From the IMG/VR virus record IMGVR_UViG_3300026907_000062, positions 1 to 37,471 of that record: 37,471 nucleotides of DNA. One strand, 5' to 3'. The position numbers and the translations under genes were made by a program. This DNA comes from a virus (Duplodnaviria; Caudoviricetes). Of the stretch, positions 14,969-24,454 are shown in pieces; the first letter of the stretch is position 1; each line of letters starts with the position of its first letter. The notes under the pieces were generated by a model, which saw only the letters and a list, made by a program, of their open reading frames with translations, was not told where the DNA came from and made no database searches.

Positions 14969-15909
14969 ACAACGTAGTCCAACTCATCACCCCTGACACC
15001 TTCGATTTTCAGGCCTACATGGCTGAATCGGAGCCGATGGCCAAGGTGATCTCTGCCGATACGTGGACCGATGAACTTGTCGAGTCCATCCGCGGCGGCC
15101 ATGTTATCACCGGGGCGCGTCTGCCCTGGACGAAGACCCACGACCACCTTCGGTTCCGTCCCGGTGAAGTCACCGTTTGGCAGGGTATGAACGGTCACGG
15201 GAAGAGCCAGTTGCTTGGCATGGCTTGCTTAGCATTTGCTGCGCAAGGTGAACGCATCTGCATAGCAAGCTTTGAGATGAAGCCGCTATCGACGCTTCGC
15301 CGGATGCTCAGACAGGCTGCCATGTGCGATCAGCCGAGTGAGCAGATGGCGCGCAGGTTCGGGGATTGGCTCAAGGACCGGGTATGGCTGTACGACCAGC
15401 AAGGCACGGTCAAGCCGGAAATGATCTACGCGGTTATCCGGTACTGCGCGTCCAAGCTGGACATCAAGCACATCGTGATTGACAGCCTCATGAAGTGCGT
15501 GAGGGGGGAGGATGACTACAACGCGCAGAAAGACTTTGTGGACATGCTCACGTCGCTTGCACGGGACCATGAAGTGCATATCCACCTTGTTCACCACGTG
15601 CGCAAAGGCGAGAACGAGGAAAAGCCCCCCGGCAAGCTGGATGCGAAGGGTAGCGGATCCATTTCTGACCAGGTCGACCAATTCCTAACGGTCTGGCGGA
15701 ACAAGGCGAAGGAAAAGGCGCTGGACCAATGCGCTCGGAGCGGTACGCCGCTGCCAGACAAGTTCGCCAGTGCACCAGACGCAATGCTTATCTGTGACAA
15801 GAACCGGCACGGGGAATGGGAAGGGGGCATTGCTCTCTGGTTCCATCCTGGTTCTCTGCAGTACCTGGCCGATAGCCGCGGCCAGCCTATCAATCTCATT
15901 GGGGCGTGA
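14965..15909 (+). CDS. DnaB/T7-gp4-like SF4 helicase
   Basis: Walker A GMNGHGKS, Walker B IVIDS, HLVHHVRK, KGSGSISD, KNRHG. Confidence 0.88.
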   Translation: MNNVVQLITPDTFDFQAYMAESEPMAKVISADTWTDELVESIRGGHVITGARLPWTKTHDHLRFRPGEVTVWQGMNGHGKSQLLGMACLAFAAQGERICIASFEMKPLSTLRRMLRQAAMCDQPSEQMARRFGDWLKDRVWLYDQQGTVKPEMIYAVIRYCASKLDIKHIVIDSLMKCVRGEDDYNAQKDFVDMLTSLARDHEVHIHLVHHVRKGENEEKPPGKLDAKGSGSISDQVDQFLTVWRNKAKEKALDQCARSGTPLPDKFASAPDAMLICDKNRHGEWEGGIALWFHPGSLQYLADSRGQPINLIGA

Positions 15910-16271
15910 TCATGACTCACCTAATCGACAAGATTGCCGCGGTGTTGCAGGAAGGGCGCCGCATGACCACTCGGGAGTTGGCGCAGGAGTTTGGCACCCA
16001 CATCACCCATACCAGGGAAATCGTCAACAAGCTGCACCGGTCGCGCCGGATCCATATCGCTGGCTGGTATCGGATGTGCGCTACCGGCTATCCCGCGCCA
16101 GTCTTTATGTGGGGTGATGCTTTGGATGCCCCCGTTCCTGTCGTTGTGCAGGAGAAGGAGGTCCATATTCCAGAAACCCAGTCCTACGCCACGATTGCAA
16201 AGCTGCGTGAGACGGTAGTACCCGGGTCGTTCGATCCCTTCCGCGTGCTGATGGCGCAGGTGACGGCATGA
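15906..16271 (+). CDS. Putative winged-HTH protein
   Basis: MTTRELAQEFG...IHIAGW. Confidence 0.65.
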   Translation: MIMTHLIDKIAAVLQEGRRMTTRELAQEFGTHITHTREIVNKLHRSRRIHIAGWYRMCATGYPAPVFMWGDALDAPVPVVVQEKEVHIPETQSYATIAKLRETVVPGSFDPFRVLMAQVTA

Positions 16272-16807
16272 AGCAAATGGACGTGGTTCTTGATCCGCTA
16301 GCTGGAACGGAATTCGTACCTGGAGGGACAGCGGGAACGTTCGCTATCGATCCTGGGCCTACGCAATCAGGGTGGTGCGTTCTTGCTGGGGGCCGCGTGT
16401 TGTCATCCGGAGTGCTTCCGAATTCCGACATGCTTGAGCGAGTGGCCAGCCGTATCTACGCGACTATGGCTATTGAAATGATCGCCAGCTATGGGATGCC
16501 CGTAGGGCGCGAAGTCTTCGAGACATGCGTATGGATTGGACGGTTTGTCCAGGCATGGCACGACCCGGAGTCGGTCAAGCTGGTCTACCGCAAGGACGTG
16601 AAGATGCATCTTTGTGGCACGACCAAGGCCAAGGACGGCAACGTGCGTCAGGCGATTATCGACCTCTACCCGGCATCAGGGGGTGGGGCAACCCCGCAGA
16701 TCGGCACCAAGGCCAAGCCTGGGCCGCTGTATGGCGTATCCAGCCACGCATGGCCCGCTATCGGCGTGGCCCTTACTGTTCACGCTCAGCAGGGAGCGCA
16801 AGCATGA
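16268..16807 (+). CDS. RuvC-like Holliday junction resolvase
   Basis: AIDPGPTQSGW, MAIEMIASYG, AKDGNVRQA. Confidence 0.7.
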   Translation: MKQMDVVLDPLAGTEFVPGGTAGTFAIDPGPTQSGWCVLAGGRVLSSGVLPNSDMLERVASRIYATMAIEMIASYGMPVGREVFETCVWIGRFVQAWHDPESVKLVYRKDVKMHLCGTTKAKDGNVRQAIIDLYPASGGGATPQIGTKAKPGPLYGVSSHAWPAIGVALTVHAQQGAQA

Positions 16808-16962
16808 AACAAGCCGTCAAGCCCAGCGAAATCAAACCCATCCAGGCCCGCGCCTACATTCCAAGCCTGGCAATGCGTCAGGCAGCAGAGCGTGCCAAGT
16901 TCCAGCCGCGGCTGACCACGATGACAACCAACGTCAGCAACTTCCGGCATATGGGGGAATGA
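16804..16962 (+). CDS. Small hypothetical protein
   Basis: ATGA-coupled at both ends; GGGAG RBS. Confidence 0.55.
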   Translation: MKQAVKPSEIKPIQARAYIPSLAMRQAAERAKFQPRLTTMTTNVSNFRHMGE

Positions 16963-17372
16963 TGCGCACCAATCTTGAGATCCTATTGTCCGACTGGGGC
17001 CGGCGCCAGGATATCCGGAAGGATAGGGCATTGGGTTACCCCACGTCCGCAGCATTCTCCAAGGAGCGCGTAGACCACGACGGCTGGGGCTATACCGGAC
17101 CGGAGGCATGCGCTGCTGACGGGGACATGCTTCGCATAGACGACGCCATCAACAACCTCCATCCGGATATGCGGGTGGTAATCACCGCGCATTACGTATG
17201 GGCGGGCCCCGTCAAGCGGAAGGTAGACATGCTGCGCACGACGCGCACTGCCTACTACGAAACGCTGGAATACGCCCACAAGCAGCTATCCCACACAATG
17301 GGCGGCAGCTTTGCAACAGGGTACGAAACTAAATTGTCCGGACACCTAGCGGAACTGTCCGGATGTATTTAG
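16959..17372 (+). CDS. Q: Late antiterminator Q-like protein
   Basis: LSDWG...LGYP, IDDAINNL...VITAHY; last early gene, followed by a strong terminator. Confidence 0.7.
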   Translation: MMRTNLEILLSDWGRRQDIRKDRALGYPTSAAFSKERVDHDGWGYTGPEACAADGDMLRIDDAINNLHPDMRVVITAHYVWAGPVKRKVDMLRTTRTAYYETLEYAHKQLSHTMGGSFATGYETKLSGHLAELSGCI

Positions 17373-17411
17373 AGTAAAGGGTAGAGGCTGTATACGTGCC
17401 TCTGCAGCAAG

Positions 17412-17451
17412 GCCCCGGTGATTATCAACGCGCACCGGGGCTTTTCTTTTT
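17412..17451 (+). terminator. tR'-like intrinsic terminator ahead of the late genes
   Basis: GCCCCGGTG/CACCGGGGC stem followed by TTTTCTTTTT. Confidence 0.85.
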
Positions 17452-17463
17452 CTGGAGCGTGGC

Positions 17464-17844
17464 ATGCACAACATCCAATCACCCCGCAGCGACGACGTGG
17501 GGATCGAGGCAGAAATTCAAGCGAAGGGCAAGACGGCACCACGCGTCACGCCCGCCGACATCGAAGCGAACATCAAGGAATGCCACTACTTCACCGCGCT
17601 GGACGGCGTGGACGGCCATTTCCGTGGCGGCCCGGAAGCGCAAGCGTGCGATGCCAAGGTGCTGGGCCTGTTGACCTTCTGCGTGCTGGTGCTGCAAAAC
17701 GGCTTCACCGTCACCGGCGAAAGCGCATGCGCCAGCCCGGATAACTTCGACGCCGAAATCGGCCGCAAGATTGCGCGCCAGAACGCAGTGCAGAAGATCT
17801 GGCCATTGATGGGCTACGAACTACGTTCCAAGCTATCCCAGTAA
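17464..17844 (+). CDS. Gp49-family protein (N4 gp49/Sf6 gp66)
   Basis: PRVTPADIEANI, LTFCVLVLQNGFTVTGESACASPDNFDAEIGRKIA, KIWPLMGY. Confidence 0.85.
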   Translation: MHNIQSPRSDDVGIEAEIQAKGKTAPRVTPADIEANIKECHYFTALDGVDGHFRGGPEAQACDAKVLGLLTFCVLVLQNGFTVTGESACASPDNFDAEIGRKIARQNAVQKIWPLMGYELRSKLSQ

Positions 17845-17854
17845 ATCAACCAAC

Positions 17855-17949
17855 GCGAGTATCAGACTGCCGCCTCGGGAACGCGCTTCAAGCCCATGCT
17901 CCCCGTCCCCTAAGGCGTGATCCTTTGCAGGCGGCAGCCTAATACTCGC
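17855..17949 (-). ncRNA. Putative structured RNA with a 21-bp closing helix
   Basis: GCGAGTATTAGGCTGCCGCCT/AGGCGGCAGTCTGATACTCGC pairs fully (two G-U) only on the minus strand. Confidence 0.4.
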
Positions 17950-17975
17950 TAGAAAGACTATCAAGGACTATCAAT

Positions 17976-18284
17976 ATGGCACGAGGCGGAGCGCGCCCCG
18001 GAGCCGGTCGTAAACCCGGCATTCCGAACCGGGTGACGGCAGATATCAAGAGTTTGGCGCAGAGCCACGGCCCTGATGCAATAGCGCGCCTGGTAGAGAT
18101 TTTCCAGAGCGCCGATACGCCGCCCGCAGCCCAGGTGGCCGCGATCAAGGAATTGCTTGACAGGGGATTCGGCAAGGCATCGCAGCCTATCGGCGGGGCT
18201 CCCGACCTTCCCCCCATCCAGTTCAACGCGTCCGAGTTGACCGATGACCAGCTCGCCACTATCGCCGCAACAGGCAGCGTCTGA
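17976..18284 (+). CDS. terS: Terminase small subunit
   Basis: RGGARPGAGRKPG...ELLDRGFGK; directly upstream of terL. Confidence 0.8.
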   Translation: MARGGARPGAGRKPGIPNRVTADIKSLAQSHGPDAIARLVEIFQSADTPPAAQVAAIKELLDRGFGKASQPIGGAPDLPPIQFNASELTDDQLATIAATGSV

Positions 18285-19677
18285 GCTGCTTGCACGGCGT
18301 AGGGCGCGGGAAAGCCTGCTGGAGTTCACCAAATACACGTTACCCAGCTATCGGCCGGCTCCGCACCATGCGGAGATTGCCCGAGCCCTGGAGGCGGTAG
18401 AGCGGGGCGACATCAAGCGGCTCATGATCTGCATGCCTCCCCGGCACGGCAAGTCAGAGCTGGCATCGAAGCGATTCCCCGCGTGGTATCTGGGACGGAA
18501 CCCAGACAAGCAGATCATCGCTGCCAGCTACAACAGCGATCTGGCTGGTGACTTCGGGCGCGAGGTCAGAAACATCGTGGCAGAGACGGAATTCCGGGCT
18601 CTGTTCACGGTGACATTGGCGCCGGACTCCAAAGCAGCCAACCGCTGGCACACAAGCGAACGCGGGATGTACGTTGCGGCGGGCGTCGGAACCGCAACAA
18701 CTGGCCGAGGCGCCCATATTCTGCTGATTGACGACCCGTTCAAGGACCGTAAGGAAGCAGATAGCGACGTTCGCCGCCGCAGGGTGCGGGATTGGTACAC
18801 GTCCACCGCTTACACGCGCTTGATGCCGGGTGGCGCAATCGTCGTGATCAACACGCGGTGGCACGAAGATGACTTGTCAGGGTGGTTGCTGGAGCAGCAG
18901 AAGCTGGACGGTGACAAGTGGGAGGTCGTGAGTCTCCCAGCCATTGACAGCGCAGGCAGGGCACTCTGGGAGGAAGACTATCCCATTGAGCGCCTCATGC
19001 AGATCAAGTCAGTCCTGCCAGAGCGGGATTGGAATGCGCTCTATCAGCAAGACCCGGCGCCCGACGATGGCAGCTACTTTCGCCGGGAGTGGTTCAAGGA
19101 ATGGACGTCCAAGCCGTCTGACTTGGCCATATACGGAACGAGCGATTACGCCGTGACAGATGGAGCCGGAGATTACACGGTCCATCGAGTATGGGGCGTG
19201 GACCCAGCAGGCGATATCTACCGTCTTGCCGGGTGGAGAGGGCAGACAGCAGCCGACGAATGGGTGGAGCGGAAGCTGGACCTGATCAAGGAATGGCGCC
19301 CATTCGCATGGTTCGGCGAGGCTGGAGTGATCCAGAAGGCCGTAGAACCGATGCTCACGCGTCGGATGCGAGAGCGCAATGTGTTCTGCCGCATGGAATG
19401 GCTTCCCAGCGTTTCGGACAAACCGACCCGGGCGCGAGGCTTTCAGGCCAGGCTTGCCATGGGGCGCGTGTGGTTTGAGCCAGGAGCGGAAATCAGCGAA
19501 TTCTTGAAGTTCCCCACTGGGAAGAATGACGACGACGTTGATACAGCGTCCATGATTGGCCGAGCCCTGGATGAAGCGCATCCGGCCATAGTGACGGTGA
19601 AGAAGCAGGAACCGCCCCGCGACCGTTGGGCGAGAGCATTTGAGGACAGAGGCGAGGAATCGTGGAAAGTGGCATGA
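18244..19677 (+). CDS. terL: Terminase large subunit
   Basis: MPPRHGKS Walker A, LLIDDP Walker B, TRWHEDDL, nuclease SDYA and NDDDVD. Confidence 0.95.
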   Translation: MTSSPLSPQQAASELLARRRARESLLEFTKYTLPSYRPAPHHAEIARALEAVERGDIKRLMICMPPRHGKSELASKRFPAWYLGRNPDKQIIAASYNSDLAGDFGREVRNIVAETEFRALFTVTLAPDSKAANRWHTSERGMYVAAGVGTATTGRGAHILLIDDPFKDRKEADSDVRRRRVRDWYTSTAYTRLMPGGAIVVINTRWHEDDLSGWLLEQQKLDGDKWEVVSLPAIDSAGRALWEEDYPIERLMQIKSVLPERDWNALYQQDPAPDDGSYFRREWFKEWTSKPSDLAIYGTSDYAVTDGAGDYTVHRVWGVDPAGDIYRLAGWRGQTAADEWVERKLDLIKEWRPFAWFGEAGVIQKAVEPMLTRRMRERNVFCRMEWLPSVSDKPTRARGFQARLAMGRVWFEPGAEISEFLKFPTGKNDDDVDTASMIGRALDEAHPAIVTVKKQEPPRDRWARAFEDRGEESWKVA

Positions 19678-21671
19678 ACCAGGCGCTAGCCGTCGACACA
19701 GCAAGCGCAGGCCCCGACCTGGGCCGCCTGTGCCGGTGGTTCGAAGAGGCCGAGGACGCCACTGACGAAGCCCGGCGCTTGGCCGAGCGTGACCGGGACT
19801 ACTACGACGGGAAGCAGTGGACTCAGAAGGAAATGGACACGCTGAAGAAGCGCGGCCAGCCTGCACTGACTGTCAACTATGTGCAGCGCAAGGTGAACTT
19901 CCTGCGTGGGCTGGAGCAGCGCCAGCGCACCGATCCCAAAGCGTTCCCGCGGACTCCGCACGAGGAACAGCTCTCCGAGGCAGCTACTGACGCCTTGCGC
20001 TTTGTCTCCGATCAAAATGGCTTCGATGACCTACGTTCGGAGGTCTACGAAAACATGCTGATTGAGGGGTTTGGTGGCGTAGACGTCACTGTTGTGCAGC
20101 GCGGCCAAGAGTATGACGTGGACCTGAAGCATGTGCCTTGGGACCGTTTGTTCTACGACCCGCACAGTCGTCGCCGGGACTTTTCAGACGTCCGATACAA
20201 GGGCATCGTCATTTGGATGGACAAGGACGAGGCGCTGGAGCAGTACCCGAACGCCCGTGATGCGATCGAGGGTACGTTGAATTCCGTATCCCTGTCCGAC
20301 ACCTACGACGACCGCCCGAAGTTCATGCTGTGGTGTGACAACCGCCGCACTCGTGTGCGGATCGTCCAGATGCACTACCTGCAAGCTGGGGTTTGGTGGG
20401 TGGTCACATTCACGAAGGGCGGCATTCTGGAAGAGGCGCAGCAGTCGCCTTATCTGGATAAGCATGGGGTTCCCACAAGTTCCCTGATCATGCGCGCTGC
20501 CTACGTAGATCGCGACAATAATCGCTACGGCGATGCCCGGAGCATGATCTCGCTGCAGGATGAGATCAACAAGCGCCGGTCCAAGGCGTTGCATCTCATG
20601 AGCGTGCGCCAGACGTTTGGCAATGACCGCGGCATCCCTGATGTGGATGCGGCGCGCAGGGAGCTGGCTAAGCCTGACGGACACGTAAAGATCAGCCAGG
20701 GTGGAAGGTTCGGGGAAGACTTCGGGATCCTGCCCACGAATGACATGGCGCAGGGGCAGCAATTGCTTCTGCAGCAGGCTACCGCAGAAATGCAGGCAGC
20801 TGGACCGAATGCTGCGATGGCGGGTAAGGATCCGCGACAGCAATCCGGGCGCGCTATCCAGGCTCAGCAGCAGGGAGGCTCTATTGAGGTTGGCCCAATC
20901 AACGATGGCCTGCGCCAATGGAGCCAGATGGTCTATGAGGCGGTCTGGATGCGCGTGCGGCAGTTTTGGACTGGTGAGCGATGGATCCGAGTTACGGACG
21001 ATGAGCGCAATGTTCGGTACGTCGGCCTGAACCGCAAGGTAACGCTGGGCGATGCCCTGTCCGAGATGCCGCCCGAGCAGGCGCAGCAAGTGGCGCAACG
21101 CATGCAATTGCAGCCAGATGATCCTCGCTTGCAGGAAGTCCTGCGCGTAGACAACGACATTTCTGGCCTGGATGTTGACATCGTGATCGAGGAAACCCCT
21201 GATACCGCGACCATCCAGAGCGAGCAATTCCAAATGCTGGTTGAACTCGCGCAAGCGGGTGTCGGAATCCCGCCCAAGGCGTTGGTGCAGGCGTCCAGCA
21301 TCCGCAACAAGGATGCCATCTTGGACGAGATGGAGAAGGGCAATCAGTTGCCGCCGCAGGTGCAGGAGCAACTACAGCAGATGCAGCAGGCGATTCAGCA
21401 GGCCGCAGAGCGCATGCAGCAAATGGAAACGCAGTTGCGAGACAAGCAGGGAGAGTTGGCGGTGAAGGCATTTGATGCGCAAACGCGCCGCATGACCGCT
21501 ACCGCGACCGATCAGACGCCTGGCGATCCACTTGCCGCTCGAGTTGATGCTGAGAAGGGCATGGCCGAGGTCCGCAAGACGACGGCGGAGGCCGAACAAA
21601 CCGAGGTGGAAACAGCGTTGTTGTTGGCCACCCCAGCGGTACCTGAGTTCAGGGGAAGCGTCTCAGTCTGA
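19674..21671 (+). CDS. Portal protein (P22-like, C-terminal Gln-rich barrel)
   Basis: DRDYYDGKQW, RGQPALTVN, DEINKRRSK, SGRAIQAQQQGG; follows terL. Confidence 0.9.
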   Translation: MNQALAVDTASAGPDLGRLCRWFEEAEDATDEARRLAERDRDYYDGKQWTQKEMDTLKKRGQPALTVNYVQRKVNFLRGLEQRQRTDPKAFPRTPHEEQLSEAATDALRFVSDQNGFDDLRSEVYENMLIEGFGGVDVTVVQRGQEYDVDLKHVPWDRLFYDPHSRRRDFSDVRYKGIVIWMDKDEALEQYPNARDAIEGTLNSVSLSDTYDDRPKFMLWCDNRRTRVRIVQMHYLQAGVWWVVTFTKGGILEEAQQSPYLDKHGVPTSSLIMRAAYVDRDNNRYGDARSMISLQDEINKRRSKALHLMSVRQTFGNDRGIPDVDAARRELAKPDGHVKISQGGRFGEDFGILPTNDMAQGQQLLLQQATAEMQAAGPNAAMAGKDPRQQSGRAIQAQQQGGSIEVGPINDGLRQWSQMVYEAVWMRVRQFWTGERWIRVTDDERNVRYVGLNRKVTLGDALSEMPPEQAQQVAQRMQLQPDDPRLQEVLRVDNDISGLDVDIVIEETPDTATIQSEQFQMLVELAQAGVGIPPKALVQASSIRNKDAILDEMEKGNQLPPQVQEQLQQMQQAIQQAAERMQQMETQLRDKQGELAVKAFDAQTRRMTATATDQTPGDPLAARVDAEKGMAEVRKTTAEAEQTEVETALLLATPAVPEFRGSVSV

Positions 21672-21688
21672 CGCATCCCGCCTTAAGA

Positions 21689-21710
21689 GCCGCCTTCGGG
21701 CGGTTTTTTT
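21689..21710 (+). terminator. Intrinsic terminator after portal
   Basis: GCCGCC-TTCG-GGCGGT-TTTTTT, same hairpin as the cI terminator. Confidence 0.8.
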
Positions 21711-21712
21711 AT

Positions 21713-21762
21713 GCCGCCGCCGGGTTTCGGGCGTTTGGCCGCCGCCGGGCTTGATCGGGCGT
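21713..21762 (+). promoter_or_regulatory. Tandem bulged hairpins abutting the scaffold RBS
   Basis: GCCGCCGCCGGG-N3/N6-CGGGCGT twice, then AGGAG. Confidence 0.55.
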
Positions 21763-21773
21763 AGGAGCGATAG

Positions 21774-22505
21774 ATGGATTTGGATCAAGTGTTGAACGGA
21801 ACGGATGACGGTGATACCACCACGCAGGCGCTTGAGCCAGCGCCGGTGGCAACTGAGCCGCCAGTCGAGCCGAAGGGCGTAACGACTGCTGAACCCGCTC
21901 AGGGGGATGTGGCCACCGGTGAGCCGCCAGCACCTGCACAAGAGAAAAGCGTCCCTCTGTCGGCACTGGAAGCTGAACGCAAGCAGCGCCAGGATTGGAA
22001 GGAAAAGGCTATTCGCCTGGAAGAGCAGTTGAAGGCTGCCCAGGCGCCGCAGGGTCAACAAGCTGCCCCCCAGCAGCAAGGCCCCATCCCGGTTGAAGAT
22101 GCCCTTATCAATGAGCGGCTGAACATGTCCGAGATGATGCTGCGCCAGACGCACACCGATGTGGACGAGAAGGTGGAACGGTTCAAGCAGGAACTGGACC
22201 GGAATCCGGGTCTCGTCTCAGAACTGCGCCGCCAGGTCCACCCCTACAAGTGGGCATACGAATATGCCTCTCGCCTGCAGTTGATGGACGAAATCGGCAA
22301 CGACCCGAACGCATACCGGGAAAAGCTCAAGGAGCAAGTCAAGGCCGAACTCGCCCAGCAACAGCCAGCACCTTCCGACCCGGTCGCCGCGGTGCCCGCG
22401 TCCCCTCGAATCCCTCAATCCCTGGCTACCGCCCACTCCGTAGGTGCACGTTCTGCGCCCGCATGGACTGGGCCTACGCCGCTCGCCAACATTCTGAAAT
22501 CCTGA
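21774..22505 (+). CDS. Scaffolding protein
   Basis: Acidic/Pro-rich N-terminus, VPLSALEAERKQRQ coiled coil; between portal and capsid. Confidence 0.8.
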   Translation: MDLDQVLNGTDDGDTTTQALEPAPVATEPPVEPKGVTTAEPAQGDVATGEPPAPAQEKSVPLSALEAERKQRQDWKEKAIRLEEQLKAAQAPQGQQAAPQQQGPIPVEDALINERLNMSEMMLRQTHTDVDEKVERFKQELDRNPGLVSELRRQVHPYKWAYEYASRLQLMDEIGNDPNAYREKLKEQVKAELAQQQPAPSDPVAAVPASPRIPQSLATAHSVGARSAPAWTGPTPLANILKS

Positions 22506-22513
22506 GGTAAATC

Positions 22514-23599
22514 ATGGCTGAAACTACCGCCGCAGTAGGTCTCACTCCCCAGCAGTGGGATGACCAATTTTTCATGGAGTACGTGCGCCAGAACCGCTAC
22601 AAGCGGTATATGGGTACGGATGAAAACTCCATCATCCACATCAAGGACGATCTGACCCGAAAGCCGGGCGACAAGATCACCTTTGCTGCCGTCCGCAAGC
22701 TCAAGAGCAATGGCGTCACCGGCAACCAGATCCTGGAAGGGAACGAAGAAGAGCTGGATTCCCGTTCGATGGCTGTCACGGTCGCGCCGTTGCGCAACGC
22801 CGTGGTCGTCACCGACTGGGAAGAGCAGAAATCCGCGATCGAGCTGCGCAATGCCGGCAAGATGGCCCTGAAGCTGTGGGCCATGGAAAAGATGCGCGAC
22901 AACATCACCGACGCGCTGAAGTCCATCAACGGCGTTGCCTACGGGTCCGCCAGCGAAGCCCAGAAGGATGCATGGCTGGCTGATAACGCCGACCGCGTTC
23001 TGTTCGGCGCCGCCCGCGGCAACAACACCGGCAACGACCACTCGGCCTCGCTGGCCAACATCGATAACACGGCCGACAAGCTCAGCCCGGCGATGATCAG
23101 CCTGGCCAAGCGCATGGCTCAGACGGCATCCCCTGCCATCAAGCCGATCCGCCTGAACGAAGACGAAGAATGGTTCGTCATGTTCGCCGGCCCGCAGTCG
23201 TTCCGCGATCTGTCCAACGACCCGGTCATGGTGCAGGCGAACCGCACCGCTCGCCCTCGTGACGTGAGCGCCAACCCGCTGTTTACCGGCGGCTCGCTGG
23301 TTTGGGATGGCGTCATCATCCGCGAGATCCCCGAAATGGCCGCGATCACTGGTGTCGGCGCTGGCGGTATCGACGTCGCGTTCAACTTCCTGGTGGGCGC
23401 CCAGGCAATCGGCGTCGGCTTCGCCCAACGGACCAAATCGACCACCGACGTTCGCGACTACGGTTTCCGCCATGGTGTGGGCGTGCAGGAGATCCGCGGC
23501 ATCGAAAAGCTGCTTTTCGGCAAGGGCGCTGGCGATACGGAAGACCTCGTGCAACACGGCGTGGTCACGGTCTACACCGCTGGTGTCGCTGACGCCTAA
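22514..23599 (+). CDS. Major capsid protein (N4-gp56/DUF4043-like)
   Basis: DLTRKPGDKITF, LEGNEEEL, NPLFTG.L.WDGVIIRE; strongly biased codon usage. Confidence 0.9.
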   Translation: MAETTAAVGLTPQQWDDQFFMEYVRQNRYKRYMGTDENSIIHIKDDLTRKPGDKITFAAVRKLKSNGVTGNQILEGNEEELDSRSMAVTVAPLRNAVVVTDWEEQKSAIELRNAGKMALKLWAMEKMRDNITDALKSINGVAYGSASEAQKDAWLADNADRVLFGAARGNNTGNDHSASLANIDNTADKLSPAMISLAKRMAQTASPAIKPIRLNEDEEWFVMFAGPQSFRDLSNDPVMVQANRTARPRDVSANPLFTGGSLVWDGVIIREIPEMAAITGVGAGGIDVAFNFLVGAQAIGVGFAQRTKSTTDVRDYGFRHGVGVQEIRGIEKLLFGKGAGDTEDLVQHGVVTVYTAGVADA

Positions 23600-23658
23600 G
23601 GAGTCAGGCCGGCGCGTTAGCCGGTCTGCCCAGAATCCTTTTCATTCAGGAGCCAACC

Positions 23659-24093
23659 ATGGCAACTCTCAAAGCAACGCGGATCGGTAGCCCCGATCTG
23701 AAGCCGGGCCCGGGCGATGCCCAGTCTCTGAAATGCGCCGTATCCAGCTATGCGCTCACTGCGGCGCTGGCGCTGAACGACGTGATCGAAGGGCCGTTGA
23801 TCCCCAAGGGCGCAACCATCGTGGATGTCATGGTGACTGCAACCGATCTGGACACCAACGGCACCCCGACGATCACCCTGGACGTCGGCTACGGCGTTGA
23901 CCCGGACTATTTCGTGGCAGCGTCCACCACGGGGCAGACCGGCGGCGTTATCCGCGCAGGCGCGGCAACTGCCAAGCCGCTCACTCTCACCGCCGATGAC
24001 ACTATCGATGTGCTGGTGAAGGCTGCTCCGGCCACTGGCGCCACGTCCGGCACCGTCAGCATCGCTGTGTTCTTCCTGCCGGCCAACGGCTGA
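23659..24093 (+). CDS. Putative capsid decoration/cement protein
   Basis: Ala/Thr-rich beta protein following the MCP; IPKGATIVD, DLDTNGTPTITLDVG. Confidence 0.65.
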   Translation: MATLKATRIGSPDLKPGPGDAQSLKCAVSSYALTAALALNDVIEGPLIPKGATIVDVMVTATDLDTNGTPTITLDVGYGVDPDYFVAASTTGQTGGVIRAGAATAKPLTLTADDTIDVLVKAAPATGATSGTVSIAVFFLPANG

Positions 24094-24136
24094 TAGGACC
24101 GTCGGGCGGCTTCGGTCGCCCGGCCGGGAGATCTAA

Positions 24137-24454
24137 ATGAACTACGAAGCCACCTTCATCGGTGATCCGATCAACCCGACAGATCGAGAGTCCATCAGCG
24201 TGGGCGACCTCCTGTTCCAGCTTGGTCAACCGGTTCTCATCGGTGGTGAGCTGGCGGCGAGGCTGGCACGCAATAGCCATTTCAAGGTAGCAGCAAAGGA
24301 ATCCCGCCATGACGACGACCAATCTGCCGGACCTGGCGAATCAAGTGCTGATAAAGACCACGGTGCTGGCTCCTGGGGAGACGGCAACGGCCGAGGATCT
24401 GAAGTTGGCAAAGCAAAAGCTGGCCGCCGTGCACGAGTCCCTTCGGGCGCATGA
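24137..24454 (+). CDS. Hypothetical virion-module protein
   Basis: GGGAG RBS; C-terminal half overlaps the next gene. Confidence 0.5.
   Translation: MNYEATFIGDPINPTDRESISVGDLLFQLGQPVLIGGELAARLARNSHFKVAAKESRHDDDQSAGPGESSADKDHGAGSWGDGNGRGSEVGKAKAGRRARVPSGA

Noticed and set aside
20184..23557. Long antisense ORFs 20184-21371 and 22415-23557
   Set aside because: Shadow frames of portal and capsid genes expected from GC-rich codon bias; no motifs
24103..24122. C(UUCG)G hairpin after the decoration gene as a terminator
   Set aside because: No U-tract; more likely an mRNA-stabilising stem
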